Assembly: GCA_963734545.1 (NCBI GenBank)
Contig: CAVTHO010000005.1
Span: forward strand, 32,001 to 96,000
Length of the DNA stretch: 64,000 nt
Source of the DNA: an uncultured Spirochaetota bacterium
GTDB taxonomy: Bacteria > Spirochaetota > Spirochaetia > SZUA-6 > Fen-1364
Direction of reading: 5' to 3'
Shown here in pieces: positions 35,990 to 45,639 of the stretch. The position numbers and the translations under genes were made by a program. Under the pieces are notes generated by a model. That model searched no databases. It was not told the DNA's origin and worked only from the letters and a program-made list of their open reading frames with translations. How positions within the stretch are numbered: position 1 is the first letter of the stretch; each line of letters opens with the position of its first letter.

Positions 35990-36865
35990 TCAGCCCACCA
36001 GCTTCAGGATCCTTTCCCGGAACGCCACGTAGCCGCAGCAGATGAGCACCAGCGCGGAGCCAGCCAGGGTGGCGGCACGCATCTTCTCTCCGAACACGAT
36101 GACCCCGAGAAGCACGTTGAGCACGGGCACGAGAAAGGCCAGGAGGCTTCCCTCCGTGGCCGGCACGTGCTTGTACGCCCAGGTCATGGCAAGCTGCGCC
36201 GCGGTGGCGAGGGCGCCGACGCCCAGAAGTATCAGCCAGATCCGGCCGCCGAATGCAAAGGAGCTCGTCAGGGTGGGCCACCCGACCACGAACAGGCCGA
36301 AGATGCACTGCGCGAGGTAGATAACGTACGGTGTATCCGTCTCGCGAAGTTTCTTGATCGCGACCACCGCGATACCGGAGAGGACACCGCCCAGGAGGGC
36401 CAGCAGCTCCTCCACGCCAACCGACTGAATCCGGCCCGGATTCACCACGAGCGCGATTCCCAGGAATGACACGAGCACCGCCACGACCACGTCCCAGGAC
36501 AGCTTTTCCTTCAGCATCAGGGGAGCAAGCAGAGCGGCAAAGACGGGGTAAGTGTAGTTGAGGATCGTGCCTTTCCCCAATCCCAGCATCGTGATGCCCC
36601 GGAAGAAGAAGTAGACCGAGGTGGCGCCGATCAGGCCGCGGGCGATCAGCCACCAGCGGTTGACCGGCTTCAAGCGCGTGACTCCCGCCAGGGCAAGCCC
36701 CACTATTACCACGATCCCCGTGACAAACCGGGCCGAGGCCACGAGCGAGGTGTTGACCGACCGCAGGAGGGGGATCAGCAGGGACATGGCGGAAAACAGC
36801 ACGCTGGATGCGGCCATGACAGCCATGCCTCCGCCCGTGGGAGGATGAAAGCGGGTACCCGCCAC
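35990..36865 (-). CDS. DMT/EamA family transporter
   Basis: About 10 TM helices in two repeats (LNYTYPVF...LKEK; FGEK). Confidence 0.88.
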   Translation of the reverse strand: MAGTRFHPPTGGGMAVMAASSVLFSAMSLLIPLLRSVNTSLVASARFVTGIVVIVGLALAGVTRLKPVNRWWLIARGLIGATSVYFFFRGITMLGLGKGTILNYTYPVFAALLAPLMLKEKLSWDVVVAVLVSFLGIALVVNPGRIQSVGVEELLALLGGVLSGIAVVAIKKLRETDTPYVIYLAQCIFGLFVVGWPTLTSSFAFGGRIWLILLGVGALATAAQLAMTWAYKHVPATEGSLLAFLVPVLNVLLGVIVFGEKMRAATLAGSALVLICCGYVAFRERILKLVG

Positions 36866-38185
36866 TAGAGCCGCGCCGACAGTTCCACGTATTGCCGGGA
36901 GGTCTTGCCCACATAGATCTGGCGCGGGCGCATGATCCGGAAATCCTCGCCGTGGTACATCTCGCGCCAGTGGGCCAGCCAGCCGGGGGTGCGGCCGATT
37001 GCGAAGAGCACGGTGAACATGTCGTAAGGCATGCCGGCGGCGCGCAGGATGAGGCCGGAGTAGAAGTCCACATTCGGGTAGAGATTGCGCGAAAGGAAGT
37101 ACTCATCCTTGAGGGCGATTTCCTCCAGGCGCAGCGCGATATCGAACAATGGATCGTCCATCCCCGGCTTTTTCAGCAGGGTGTGGCACGCCGCCTTGAG
37201 GATATTCGCGCGCGGGTCGGTGCTCTTGTAGACCCGGTGGCCGAACCCCATGAGCCTGTCCGGCGTGTTCCTGTCCTTGGCCCGCGCGACGTATTCCGTG
37301 CCGTCCCCGTGCGCGTCCCGTATCTTCTCCAGCATCGTGATGACTTCCTGGTTTGCCCCGCCATGACGCGGGCCCCAGAGAGCGGATATGCCCGGCGGAT
37401 ATGACTGCATACACATTGGCCAGGCTCGAGCCCGTCATCCGCACCGTGGAGGTGCTGCAGTTCTGTTCGTGATCCGCGTGCAGGATGAGGAACAGGTCGA
37501 TGGCCCGCACGATGTCGTCGTCCAGCTTCGACTCCTTCACCGGGGAGGAGAACATCATGTTCAGGAAGTTGGGCACGTAGCGGAGCTGGTAGGACGGGTA
37601 GACAATGGGCTCCCCGATGGACTTCTTGTATGAAATTGCCGCGATCGTGCGGACCTGGGAGATGAGATTGGCCAGGATCTGCCGCTCGGCCTTCTCGTCC
37701 ATCACCTCGGGAATCGGGTAGAATGTGGAGAGTGAGGCAACGGTCGTGGCGAGGATTCCCATGGGATGCGAGCCGCGCGGGAAGCCCACGAAAAAGTGCA
37801 GCATGTCCTCGTGAATGAGGGAAGACTCGTTCAGGAAAGTGGAGAACTCATCGAGCTGCGTGGTGGTGGGCAGCTCGCCATAGAGAAGAAGGTATGCCAC
37901 TTCCGTGAACGTGGAATGCGCGGCGAGATCCTCGATGGGGTACCCGCGGTAACGCAGGATGCCTTTTTCCCCGTCGATGAATGTGATCGCGCTCCGGCAG
38001 GACCCGGTATTCTCGTAGCCCTTGTCCAGCGTCACGTAGCCGCTGGCCTTGCGGAGGCCGCTGACATCGACGGCCTTTTCTCCCTCGGTCCCCCGCACGA
38101 CCGGCAGCTCGTACTCCCTTCCCTCGAGAATGAGCTTCGCGGTCTCGGGCGTCCCTTGCCCGCCTGCGATCTTCGGCAGCGCCAT
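36865..38185 (-). CDS. gltA: Citrate synthase; 1-nt insertion near 37391
   Basis: [13 protein letters not shown] and [11 protein letters not shown], then [26 protein letters not shown] and RPRQIY in the next frame. Confidence 0.93.
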
Positions 38186-38197
38186 GTTTTCCCCTTT

Positions 38198-38215
38198 CGT
38201 GTATAAGCATACACG
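38198..38215. promoter_or_regulatory. Inverted repeat in the gltA promoter region (candidate operator)
   Basis: CGTGTAT-AAGC-ATACACG, lying between a minus-strand TTGACT and the gltA RBS. Confidence 0.45.
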
Positions 38216-38307
38216 GAATGAAAAAAGTCAATGGCGCAGGCGCCGGGAGGCCCGCGGGGCCTGCGGCGGTATTGCCCGGCGCGAAGCGTCGGGCTACCGT
38301 GTACCGC

Positions 38308-39096
38308 ATGGACCTTTCCTGGCGGGCGCTGGGCGGCGAGGGCGCCCCGATCCTCATCCTGCACGGGCTTTTCGGCTCCTCCCAGAACTGGTCCGGCATG
38401 GGACGCAGGCTGGTCTCCCACGGGAAGGTATGCTGCCTGGACCTGCGCAACCACGGGGATTCGCCGCACGCGCCCACCCACTCACTCGCCGACTGTGTGG
38501 GAGATCTCCACGACTGGACGACGGCCCACGCGCAGGGCCCGGTGCGGCTGATCGGCCACTCGATGGGCGGCCAGGTTGCCATGGGCTTTGCCCTCGCCCT
38601 GCCCGATCTCGTGTCGGGGATCGCCGTCGTGGATATCGCGCCGCGGCCTTATCCGGCCGACCACGAAATGGAGCTCCGGGCCCTCCGGACGGACATCCGG
38701 GCATGCAGAACGCGCGCCGAGGTGGATGCGCTCCTGTCGCCGCACCTTCCGGACCCACGCGTCCGCCAGTTCATTCTTACGAATGCCGTCCGGGCGGAGG
38801 AGGGCTTCCGATGGCGGCTGAACGTCGAGGCGCTGGCCGCGAGCACCCTGTCGAGCGACTTCGCCGAATTGGCGGGTCGATACGAGGGGGAGGCGCTCCT
38901 GGTGGCCTGCGGAAGGTCGGCATACATCAAGGAGGAGGACCGTGGGCTGATGCAGCGCTTCTTTCCGGGTGTCCGAATCGAGACGCTGCCCGAAGCGGAC
39001 CATTGGCCGCATATCTCCGCCCCTGCCGCGCTGGAGAGAATCCTGGGTGAGTTCCTGCGGCGCACGGGCGGGAATTCGGCCCGGGAAATGCAATAA
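38308..39096 (+). CDS. Alpha/beta hydrolase, YbfF-like esterase
   Basis: LHGLFGS, DLRNHGDS, GHSMGG, VVDIAP and ADHWPH motifs. Confidence 0.88.
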   Translation: MDLSWRALGGEGAPILILHGLFGSSQNWSGMGRRLVSHGKVCCLDLRNHGDSPHAPTHSLADCVGDLHDWTTAHAQGPVRLIGHSMGGQVAMGFALALPDLVSGIAVVDIAPRPYPADHEMELRALRTDIRACRTRAEVDALLSPHLPDPRVRQFILTNAVRAEEGFRWRLNVEALAASTLSSDFAELAGRYEGEALLVACGRSAYIKEEDRGLMQRFFPGVRIETLPEADHWPHISAPAALERILGEFLRRTGGNSAREMQ

Positions 39097-39123
39097 CTTT
39101 GCCCCTGCCCCGTCGTTGATACC

Positions 39124-39633
39124 GTGAGCGCGGAAACGCAGAAAAAGCGGATTGCGGGCTTTATCGCGACCGAGTGGACCCGGCTGGTGGGCTACGTGCG
39201 CGCCTGGATTGCCGACACCGCGGACCGCGACGCGGAGGACGTGGTCCAGGACGTGATCGAGAGGCTGTTCGAAAAGGCGGACGTGACCGAGCCGGTCGCG
39301 GACCTCTCCGCGTACCTGTACCGCTCGCTGCGGAACAAGGTCATCGACCTCTACAGGAAGCCGAAGCGCGCGGCGGAGCTCCCCGAGGATCTTTCCGATG
39401 TGCGGTTCGAGGCATCGGAGGCGATGGATCGGGAGGAGGCGCGCGAGGCCTTGTTCGAGGCGATCGACGAGCTTCCACCGGCGCAGCGGGAGGTCCTGGT
39501 TGCCACGGAGCTCGAGGGAAGGAGCTTCAAGGAGCTTGCCGAGGAGTGGGAGACGCCGATCGGAACTCTCCTGGCAAGAAAGCACCGCGCCGTCCGCGCG
39601 CTGAAAGAGACGCTCACGGGAGGTATCGAATGA
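39124..39633 (+). CDS. ECF sigma factor (sigma70 regions 2 and 4)
   Basis: DAEDVVQD, YLYRSLRNKVIDLYRK and LPPAQREV...SFKELA...PIGTLLARK. Confidence 0.9.
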   Translation: MSAETQKKRIAGFIATEWTRLVGYVRAWIADTADRDAEDVVQDVIERLFEKADVTEPVADLSAYLYRSLRNKVIDLYRKPKRAAELPEDLSDVRFEASEAMDREEAREALFEAIDELPPAQREVLVATELEGRSFKELAEEWETPIGTLLARKHRAVRALKETLTGGIE

Positions 39634-40096
39634 TGGGAAAGAGAATGCGCGACATGTGGCCCGGCGTGCACCCGGCGGTGAAGGCGCTTCGCGTCGCGGG
39701 CCTGGTTGTCATGGGTGTGGTCGGGGCGGCGTTGTTCGCCCTGGTCTTCGGCTGGCTGGTGATGATCCTGTGGAACTGGCTCATGCCCGCCATCTTCCAC
39801 CTCGGGCTGATCACCTACTGGCAGGCTTTCGGGATAGTGATCCTGTCCAAGCTGATCTTCGGCGCGGCAGGCGGCGGCAGGCACGGCGGCGAGGCACGGC
39901 GGCCCGTGGAAGGGCAACCCCTGGGCGCGGATCGCACGGCAACGCCAGGGACAACTGGCGGTACTATCGGGACTTCTGGGAAGAAGAGGGCAGGCACGCC
40001 TTTGACCGGTATCTCGAGCGCAAGAAAGCGGAAGAGGCCGGGCAACCGGGGCCCGAGCAACCGGGCGGCCATCCGGAGCCCGGGCGCCGTGAATGA
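39630..40096 (+). CDS. Small membrane protein coupled to the ECF sigma; about two indels at 39890-39930
   Basis: ATGA overlap with the sigma gene; LWNWLMPAIF.L..ITYWQAFG segment; the C-terminus WRYYRDFWEEEG lies in another frame. Confidence 0.7.
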
Positions 40097-40118
40097 CGAC
40101 GCGCAGCGAATGAGCAAA

Positions 40119-40148
40119 GAAGGGGGGTGAATGCCCCCCTTCCCTTTT
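40119..40148 (+). terminator. Intrinsic terminator after the ECF operon
   Basis: GAAGGGGGG-TGAATG-CCCCCCTTC followed by CCTTTT. Confidence 0.6.
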
Positions 40149-40177
40149 CCCGAGGACTCAGGCTAGTGTGTCGAACC

Positions 40178-41057
40178 ATGAACACGAGCACGGTCGGCAG
40201 GGCGGAAAAGCTCGCCATGTGGATGGGGATCGTGGGCAACACGGTCCTCTTCGCGTGCAAGATCCTCGTCGGGCTTCACGTTCAACAGCATCGCCATCAT
40301 CTCCGACTCATTCAACTCGCTCACCGATATCGTGGCCTCCACGATCGTGCTCATCAGCGTCCAGGAGCTCGTACAAGGAGCCCGACGCGGACCATCCCTT
40401 CGGCCACAAGCGCGCCCAGCCCATCGCCGGACTCGTGGTGGCGATATTCACCGGTATCGTCGGTTTCGAGATCATCACGCAGTCGGTCGGGCGCCTGCTC
40501 AACGGTGAGCAGATCGAAATGGGAGTCCTGCCCATCCTCCTGGTGAGCGGCGTCATGGTCGATCAAGCTGGGCATGCACATCTTCGCGCGGCAGGTGGCG
40601 AGCATGACCGGCAGCCCCGCCATCATGGCCTCTGCCACGGATCACCGCAACGACGTGCTGGTTTCCGCGGCGGTGCTTTCCGGCGTCGTCGCTTCGAACC
40701 TCGGCTTTCCCGTGTTCGACCCCATTGTGGCCATCCTCGTCGGACTGTGGATCATCCGGGCGGGCTTCCTGCATCGGAAAGGACAACATCAAGTACCTCA
40801 TGGGTGAGGCACCGCCGCCTGAGCTGGTGGACAAGGTCCGGGAAAAGGCGAAGGCCGTGGAAGGGGTCATCGGACTGAACGACGTATTCGCCCATTACGT
40901 GGGCACCACGGTGGAGATCGAAGTCCACATCGACGTGGACAGGCGCCTGAGCATCGAGGACGCGCACGGCATCGGCAAGAAGGTGCAGTGGGCAATCGAG
41001 GACATGGAGGAGATCTCGCGGGCCTTCATCCACATCGACCCGCTGGAAGCCACGTGA
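40178..41057 (+). CDS. Cation diffusion facilitator (FieF-like) with about four frameshifts in this assembly
   Basis: PDADHPFGHKRAQP, DHRNDV, FDPIVA and IHIDP motifs spread over three frames. Confidence 0.85.
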
Positions 41058-41085
41058 GCGGATGCAGTCCCGTTGGGCGCGCAGC

Positions 41086-41724
41086 TCAGGGAGCCGCGAG
41101 TTCCCGCGACTCCACCATGACCACCCCCACTTTTTCCATTGCCGCGAGGGCCTCCTGCACGCTCCCCTTCGGATGGTCCACGCCGCGGCACGCATCCCGC
41201 ACCAGCGTGACGCGAAAGCCGAGCTTGCGGGCATCCATGGCCGAGGCAAGAACGCAGTAGTCGGTGGCAAGGCCGCAGAGATAGATCTCCCGGGTACCGA
41301 GACCCTTGAGATAGTAGCGCAGACCCGTGTCGGTCCTGCGGTCGTTCTCGAAAAAGGCGGAATACGAGTCGAGGTTCCTCCGAAGTCCTTTCCTGAGCAC
41401 CAGCTCGATCCTGCCCGACTCCAGCCGCGGGTGGAGCTCCGCCCCGCGCGTTGCCTGCACGCAATGATCGGGCCAGAGCACCTGCTCGATGCCGCCCGCA
41501 TCCACGAGATCGAGGGGCTTGTGCCCGGGGTGACTGGAAGCGAAGGAGACGTGATCCGGCGGATGCCAGTCCTGGGTGGCTGCCACCCGGTGAAAGAAGG
41601 GCATGATGGCGTTGATGACCGGAACGACGGCGTCTCCCTCCTCCACCGCCAGGCTTCCCCCGGGGCAGAAGTCGTTCTGCACATCGATGATCAGGAGCAT
41701 CCGCTCCACGCCGTTTCCCCGCAT
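41086..41724 (-). CDS. pncA: Nicotinamidase/pyrazinamidase
   Basis: IDVQNDFCPGGSL, TQDWHP, WPDHCVQ, DSYSAF and GLATDYCV motifs. Confidence 0.93.
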   Translation of the reverse strand: MRGNGVERMLLIIDVQNDFCPGGSLAVEEGDAVVPVINAIMPFFHRVAATQDWHPPDHVSFASSHPGHKPLDLVDAGGIEQVLWPDHCVQATRGAELHPRLESGRIELVLRKGLRRNLDSYSAFFENDRRTDTGLRYYLKGLGTREIYLCGLATDYCVLASAMDARKLGFRVTLVRDACRGVDHPKGSVQEALAAMEKVGVVMVESRELAAP

Positions 41725-41765
41725 GAGGCACCCCGCGATCAGTGTAACACGCCGGGAGCCCGTGG

Positions 41766-42338
41766 ATGAAGGTCCTGATCATCGATAACTACGATTCGTT
41801 CACGTACAACCTCGTGCAGGCGTTCGGCGAGCTGGGCGCCCGGGTCAGCGTCATCCGCAACAACCAGGCGAGCCTCGATGAGATCGAAAGCCGGAAGCCG
41901 GCCCGGATCGTCCTTTCACCCGGCCCGGGAGGCCCGTCGGACGCGGGAATCTGCGTCGACGCGGTCCGACGATTCGCGGGACGCATTGACATCCTGGGCG
42001 TCTGCCTGGGTCATCAATGCATCGGCGCTGCCTTCGGCGCGCGGATCGTGCACGCGGCGCGTCTGATGCATGGAAAGACCTCCGCAGTGTTCCACGAGGG
42101 GGAATCGGTTTTCAGGGGGCTCCCCAATCCATTCGAGGCTGCCCGGTATCACAGCCTCGCGGTGAGCAGGCGCGGGTTTCCCGCGGCGCTGCGCATCATC
42201 GCCGCCGCGGAGGACGGAACCATCATGGGACTCCGCAGCCGCGCGCATCGTGTCACCGGGATCCAGTTCCACCCCGAATCATTCATGACAAGGCTCGGGC
42301 TTTCGATTCTGCGGGCATTCCTGGAGGGGAGGGGATAG
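41766..42338 (+). CDS. pabA: Aminodeoxychorismate/anthranilate synthase component II (glutamine amidotransferase)
   Basis: IDNYDSFTYN, SPGPG, GVCLGHQ and QFHPES motifs; upstream of pabB and pabC. Confidence 0.88.
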   Translation: MKVLIIDNYDSFTYNLVQAFGELGARVSVIRNNQASLDEIESRKPARIVLSPGPGGPSDAGICVDAVRRFAGRIDILGVCLGHQCIGAAFGARIVHAARLMHGKTSAVFHEGESVFRGLPNPFEAARYHSLAVSRRGFPAALRIIAAAEDGTIMGLRSRAHRVTGIQFHPESFMTRLGLSILRAFLEGRG

Positions 42339-43868
42339 GTGGCGGCGCGAAAGAACCTGACAGGACGAGCGCACGCGCAGTCAGTCTACCCGCGGTCGAC
42401 CCGGGTTCGGTCAGCCGAGATCGACCTGGCCGCGACTCCCGAGAGAGTATTCGCCGCGCTTGCCGACGAGCCATACGCGGCATTCCTCGATTCGAGCGCG
42501 GGAAGCCGGGGTGAAGCGCGCCGCTCGTACATCGGCTGGCGTCCCGTTCTCGTTCTGCGCGCGCGCGGCAGGACCTTGGAGACGATACAGGACGGGAAAA
42601 GCGTCATCTCCACGGAAGACCCGCTCGAAGCGCTGCGGCGCGTCCTGCGCGCAATGGGGCCGTGCCGCTCAGGCCGGGACCAGGGATTGATCGGCGGCCT
42701 GATCGGCTACCTCGGGTACGAGCTCGGAGGCCAGATCGAATCCGTGGCGATGAGGCACCGACAGAATGCAGGCGCGCCGGACCTGTATTTCTGTCTCTAC
42801 GACACTGTCTTCATCTACGATCATGCGCGCTCCGCGTGGAGCATGAGCTCCTTTGCTCCGCGGAGCCTTGCGGAAACGAGCCGGGAGCTGGTGCGCGCGC
42901 TGAACCCGGGCTCCGCGCCCCGGCCCGGGAGAAAAGAGCATGTCTCCCTGATGCGGCCGCTGAAATCCAACTTCACCCGCGCGCAATATCTCGCCGCGGT
43001 TCGGCGCGTGAAGCGTCTCATACGTGACGGCGAGGTCTACCAGGTGAACCTGTCCCAGCGTTTCTCCACGGAGATCTCCTGCTCACCGTGGGAGCTCTAC
43101 CTCGCTCTCCGGCAGCTCAATCCCGCCCCCTACTCGTGCTACCTCAAGTTCCCCGAGCTGGTCCTTGCCAGCTCGTCGCCGGAGCTTTTTCTGCGCGTGC
43201 GCGGACGGGAAGTGGAGACCCGGCCGATCAAGGGAACGCGTCCCCGTGGACGGAACCCCGCGGAAGACCGCGCGCTGCGCAAGGAGCTTGCCGCGAGCGG
43301 AAAGGACGCGGCGGAGCTTGCCATGATCGTCGACCTGGAGCGAAATGACCTGGGGAAGGTCTGCGACTATGGATCGATCCACGTGAAACGCCGCTCCCGC
43401 ATCGAAAGCTACGCGACCGTATTCCATTCCGTTGCGAGCGTGATCGGCCGCCTGGCGCCGGCGAGAGATATCGTGGACCTCATCCGCGCGGCCTTTCCCG
43501 GCGGCTCGATCACCGGCTGCCCGAAAATCAGCGCCATGCGGATAATCGATGAGCTCGAAACGGCTGCGCGCGGTCCGTACACGGGCTCGATCGGCTACAT
43601 CTGCGCCAATGGCAATGCGGAGCTGAATATCGCCATCCGCACCTTTGTCGTCAGGGGGAGGACCGTGAGCTTCCATGTGGGCGGGGGGATAGTGGCCGAT
43701 TCAGATCCGATCGCCGAGTATCAGGAGACGCTGCACAAGGGCAAGGCCCTGGCCAACGCGCTCCGTGACGCAGAATCCGCGGAGTACCGTGACGCAAATC
43801 CGTGGAGTACGGCGTACTCGCCGAACGGGTACTCCCGTACCGCGATGCCTGTGGGACGACTGCAATGA
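42339..43868 (+). CDS. pabB: Aminodeoxychorismate synthase component I
   Basis: YQVNLSQRF, NPAPYS, SSPELF, TRPIKGTRPR, MIVDLERND and FPGGSITGCPK motifs. Confidence 0.9.
   Translation: MAARKNLTGRAHAQSVYPRSTRVRSAEIDLAATPERVFAALADEPYAAFLDSSAGSRGEARRSYIGWRPVLVLRARGRTLETIQDGKSVISTEDPLEALRRVLRAMGPCRSGRDQGLIGGLIGYLGYELGGQIESVAMRHRQNAGAPDLYFCLYDTVFIYDHARSAWSMSSFAPRSLAETSRELVRALNPGSAPRPGRKEHVSLMRPLKSNFTRAQYLAAVRRVKRLIRDGEVYQVNLSQRFSTEISCSPWELYLALRQLNPAPYSCYLKFPELVLASSSPELFLRVRGREVETRPIKGTRPRGRNPAEDRALRKELAASGKDAAELAMIVDLERNDLGKVCDYGSIHVKRRSRIESYATVFHSVASVIGRLAPARDIVDLIRAAFPGGSITGCPKISAMRIIDELETAARGPYTGSIGYICANGNAELNIAIRTFVVRGRTVSFHVGGGIVADSDPIAEYQETLHKGKALANALRDAESAEYRDANPWSTAYSPNGYSRTAMPVGRLQ
43819..43839. 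repeat. 21-bp hairpin repeat, copy 1 (in the pabB 3' extension)
   Basis: CGCCGAACGGGTACTCCCGTA, identical to 44781-44801. Confidence 0.85.
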
Positions 43869-44707
43869 CGCAGGTTGTCTATTTCGACGGGTCTTTTGTG
43901 TCAGCTGACATGGCCCGGCTTCCGGTGCTCTCACGCGCCGTGCTCTATGGCGAGGGCCTGTTCGAGACGCTGCGCACGTACGACGGCCTGCCCTCAGCGC
44001 TCGCTCCGCACCTGGCTCGACTGGAGCTTTCCGCCCGGGCCCTCGCCATCCCGCTGCCGGCCAATCTGGCAGGCGCGGCGCGCATCATTCCGCGGCTGCT
44101 CGCGCGCAACGCGCTTTCCGATGCCGTTGTGCGTATCTCGGTCCTGGCGGGACGGTCCGCCGAAGGCCTGCCGGCAATCGCCGACAGGTCGCACCTGCTG
44201 ATCGCCGTCAGGAGAATTCCCGCCGCGCTGGAAAAGGAACGGGCTCGCGGCATCAGGGCGGTGACGATCCGCGCCGGCTCGCTCCCGCTGTCCGCCCACA
44301 AGACAACCTCGTACCTGCGCAGCGTGGCTGCCCTGCGCGGGCACGCGGGAGCGCGCGAGGTGGTGTACGTGGACGAGGCAGGCAGGATACTCGAAGGATC
44401 GACATCGAACATATTTGCCCTTGTGGGCACCCTTCTCGTCACCCCGCCGGCAGACGGACGGATTCTCCCCGGCGTGACGAGGCGGATTGTGCAGGAGATC
44501 GCCGGCCAGGCGGGGTTGAAGGTACAGGAGAGGCCGATGTCCGCGCAGAGCGCCGCGGGGGCGGACGGCCTCCTGATCACGAACTCCGTGATCGAGCTCC
44601 TGCCCGTCATCGAGCTCGATGGACGGGCAATCGGCGGAGGCAGACCGCATCCCCTCACGAAAGTCCTTCACGGTCTTTACCGGGCACGGGTCCGCAGTCA
44701 GGGATGA
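43865..44707 (+). CDS. pabC: Aminotransferase class IV (aminodeoxychorismate lyase-like)
   Basis: YGEGLFETLR, HLARL, HKTTSY, EGSTSNIF and LPGVTR motifs; ATGA overlap with pabB. Confidence 0.8.
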   Translation: MTQVVYFDGSFVSADMARLPVLSRAVLYGEGLFETLRTYDGLPSALAPHLARLELSARALAIPLPANLAGAARIIPRLLARNALSDAVVRISVLAGRSAEGLPAIADRSHLLIAVRRIPAALEKERARGIRAVTIRAGSLPLSAHKTTSYLRSVAALRGHAGAREVVYVDEAGRILEGSTSNIFALVGTLLVTPPADGRILPGVTRRIVQEIAGQAGLKVQERPMSAQSAAGADGLLITNSVIELLPVIELDGRAIGGGRPHPLTKVLHGLYRARVRSQG

Positions 44708-44709
44708 CT

Positions 44710-44845
44710 ACCGCGCCAAAATGACGCGCAAGCGCGTCGGGGCGCGGTGAGAGGGCGAGCGAGGGCAGGGTCGGCGTCCGCGCCGAACGGGTACTCCCGT
44801 ATGCCCGTAAGCGAGCCCGCAGGGTGGACTATGGCGCCCCCGCAG
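44710..44845. repeat. Multi-hairpin intergenic element containing copy 2 of the 21-bp repeat
   Basis: ACCGCGCC..GACGCGC-AA-GCGCGTC..GGCGCGGT hairpin (44710-44748), then nested GGGCGAGCGAGGGCA...TGCCCGTAAGCGAGCCC around 44781-44801. Confidence 0.65.
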
Positions 44846-44914
44846 CCAGCCGTTTTCTGTTGTCCGCCGGAACGTCGAGCAGGCTGACGGTCCCATCCGG
44901 CCCGGGGAAGTTGA

Positions 44915-45619
44915 TCAAGGACGCGTCAGCTTGAAGCGAACGGGTATGATGAGGCGGAACGGGACGGACCTGCCTGCCTGCAGCGCCGGCTCGAAAGAAG
45001 CATGCCGGACCGCCTGGAGCGCTGCCTGGTCAAGAGCATTGTGGCCCGAAGAGGTGAGGACTTCAGCGCTGACCACGACGCCCGATTCGTCGATGAAAGC
45101 CGAGATTCGGACGACTCCCTCGAGCCCTGCCTTCCGCGCGCTCCGCGGATAGGTCGGCAGAATCTCCGCCTTCGGACGGGGAGGAGAAAGCGCAGGTGCC
45201 GCGGCAGTACCATGGGCCCGGTCGTCGGTTCCACCGGTGCCTGCCCTGCCCGCTTCAGTTCCAGCCCCTGCGCCTGAAACCGTCGCCTGGTCGCCCGGGC
45301 CGGATGGTCCTGCGGCGCGCTGCATCGTCACGGGCAGAGCCGCGGCGTCGCTTGGATCGCTCGGGGCCTCAGCAGCGGGGAAAGCAGCGGATGCGGCAGC
45401 CTGCGTCGGCAAGGGAACGGCTGCTGCCGCAGCGGCCCGGCTCACCGGCGCCGGGCCCGCGTTGCTGCCGGCATTGGGCGTCTCTGCATACTCAAGGGCA
45501 AGCTCGACTGTCGGCACCCTCGTATCAATCTGTCCCGGGGACCGTGGGACGAGCAGGATGAGGGCATGGAGGCTGCCTGCCACGACGAGGGAAAGGGTGA
45601 ATACAAGCCGCGGCCCCAT
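44915..45619 (-). CDS. tonB: TonB family energy transducer
   Basis: N-terminal TM helix with SLH, Ala/Pro-rich linker and PTYPRSARKAGLEGVV...SSGHNALDQAA C-terminal domain. Confidence 0.9.
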   Translation of the reverse strand: MGPRLVFTLSLVVAGSLHALILLVPRSPGQIDTRVPTVELALEYAETPNAGSNAGPAPVSRAAAAAAVPLPTQAAASAAFPAAEAPSDPSDAAALPVTMQRAAGPSGPGDQATVSGAGAGTEAGRAGTGGTDDRAHGTAAAPALSPPRPKAEILPTYPRSARKAGLEGVVRISAFIDESGVVVSAEVLTSSGHNALDQAALQAVRHASFEPALQAGRSVPFRLIIPVRFKLTRP

Positions 45620-45639
45620 TGTGCTCCCCTGCCTCCTCC

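Noticed and set aside
28600-37400. Programmed ribosomal frameshifting in the DD-carboxypeptidase, hisC or gltA
   Set aside because: No slippery heptamers at the breakpoints; the number of affected housekeeping genes is better explained by assembly error
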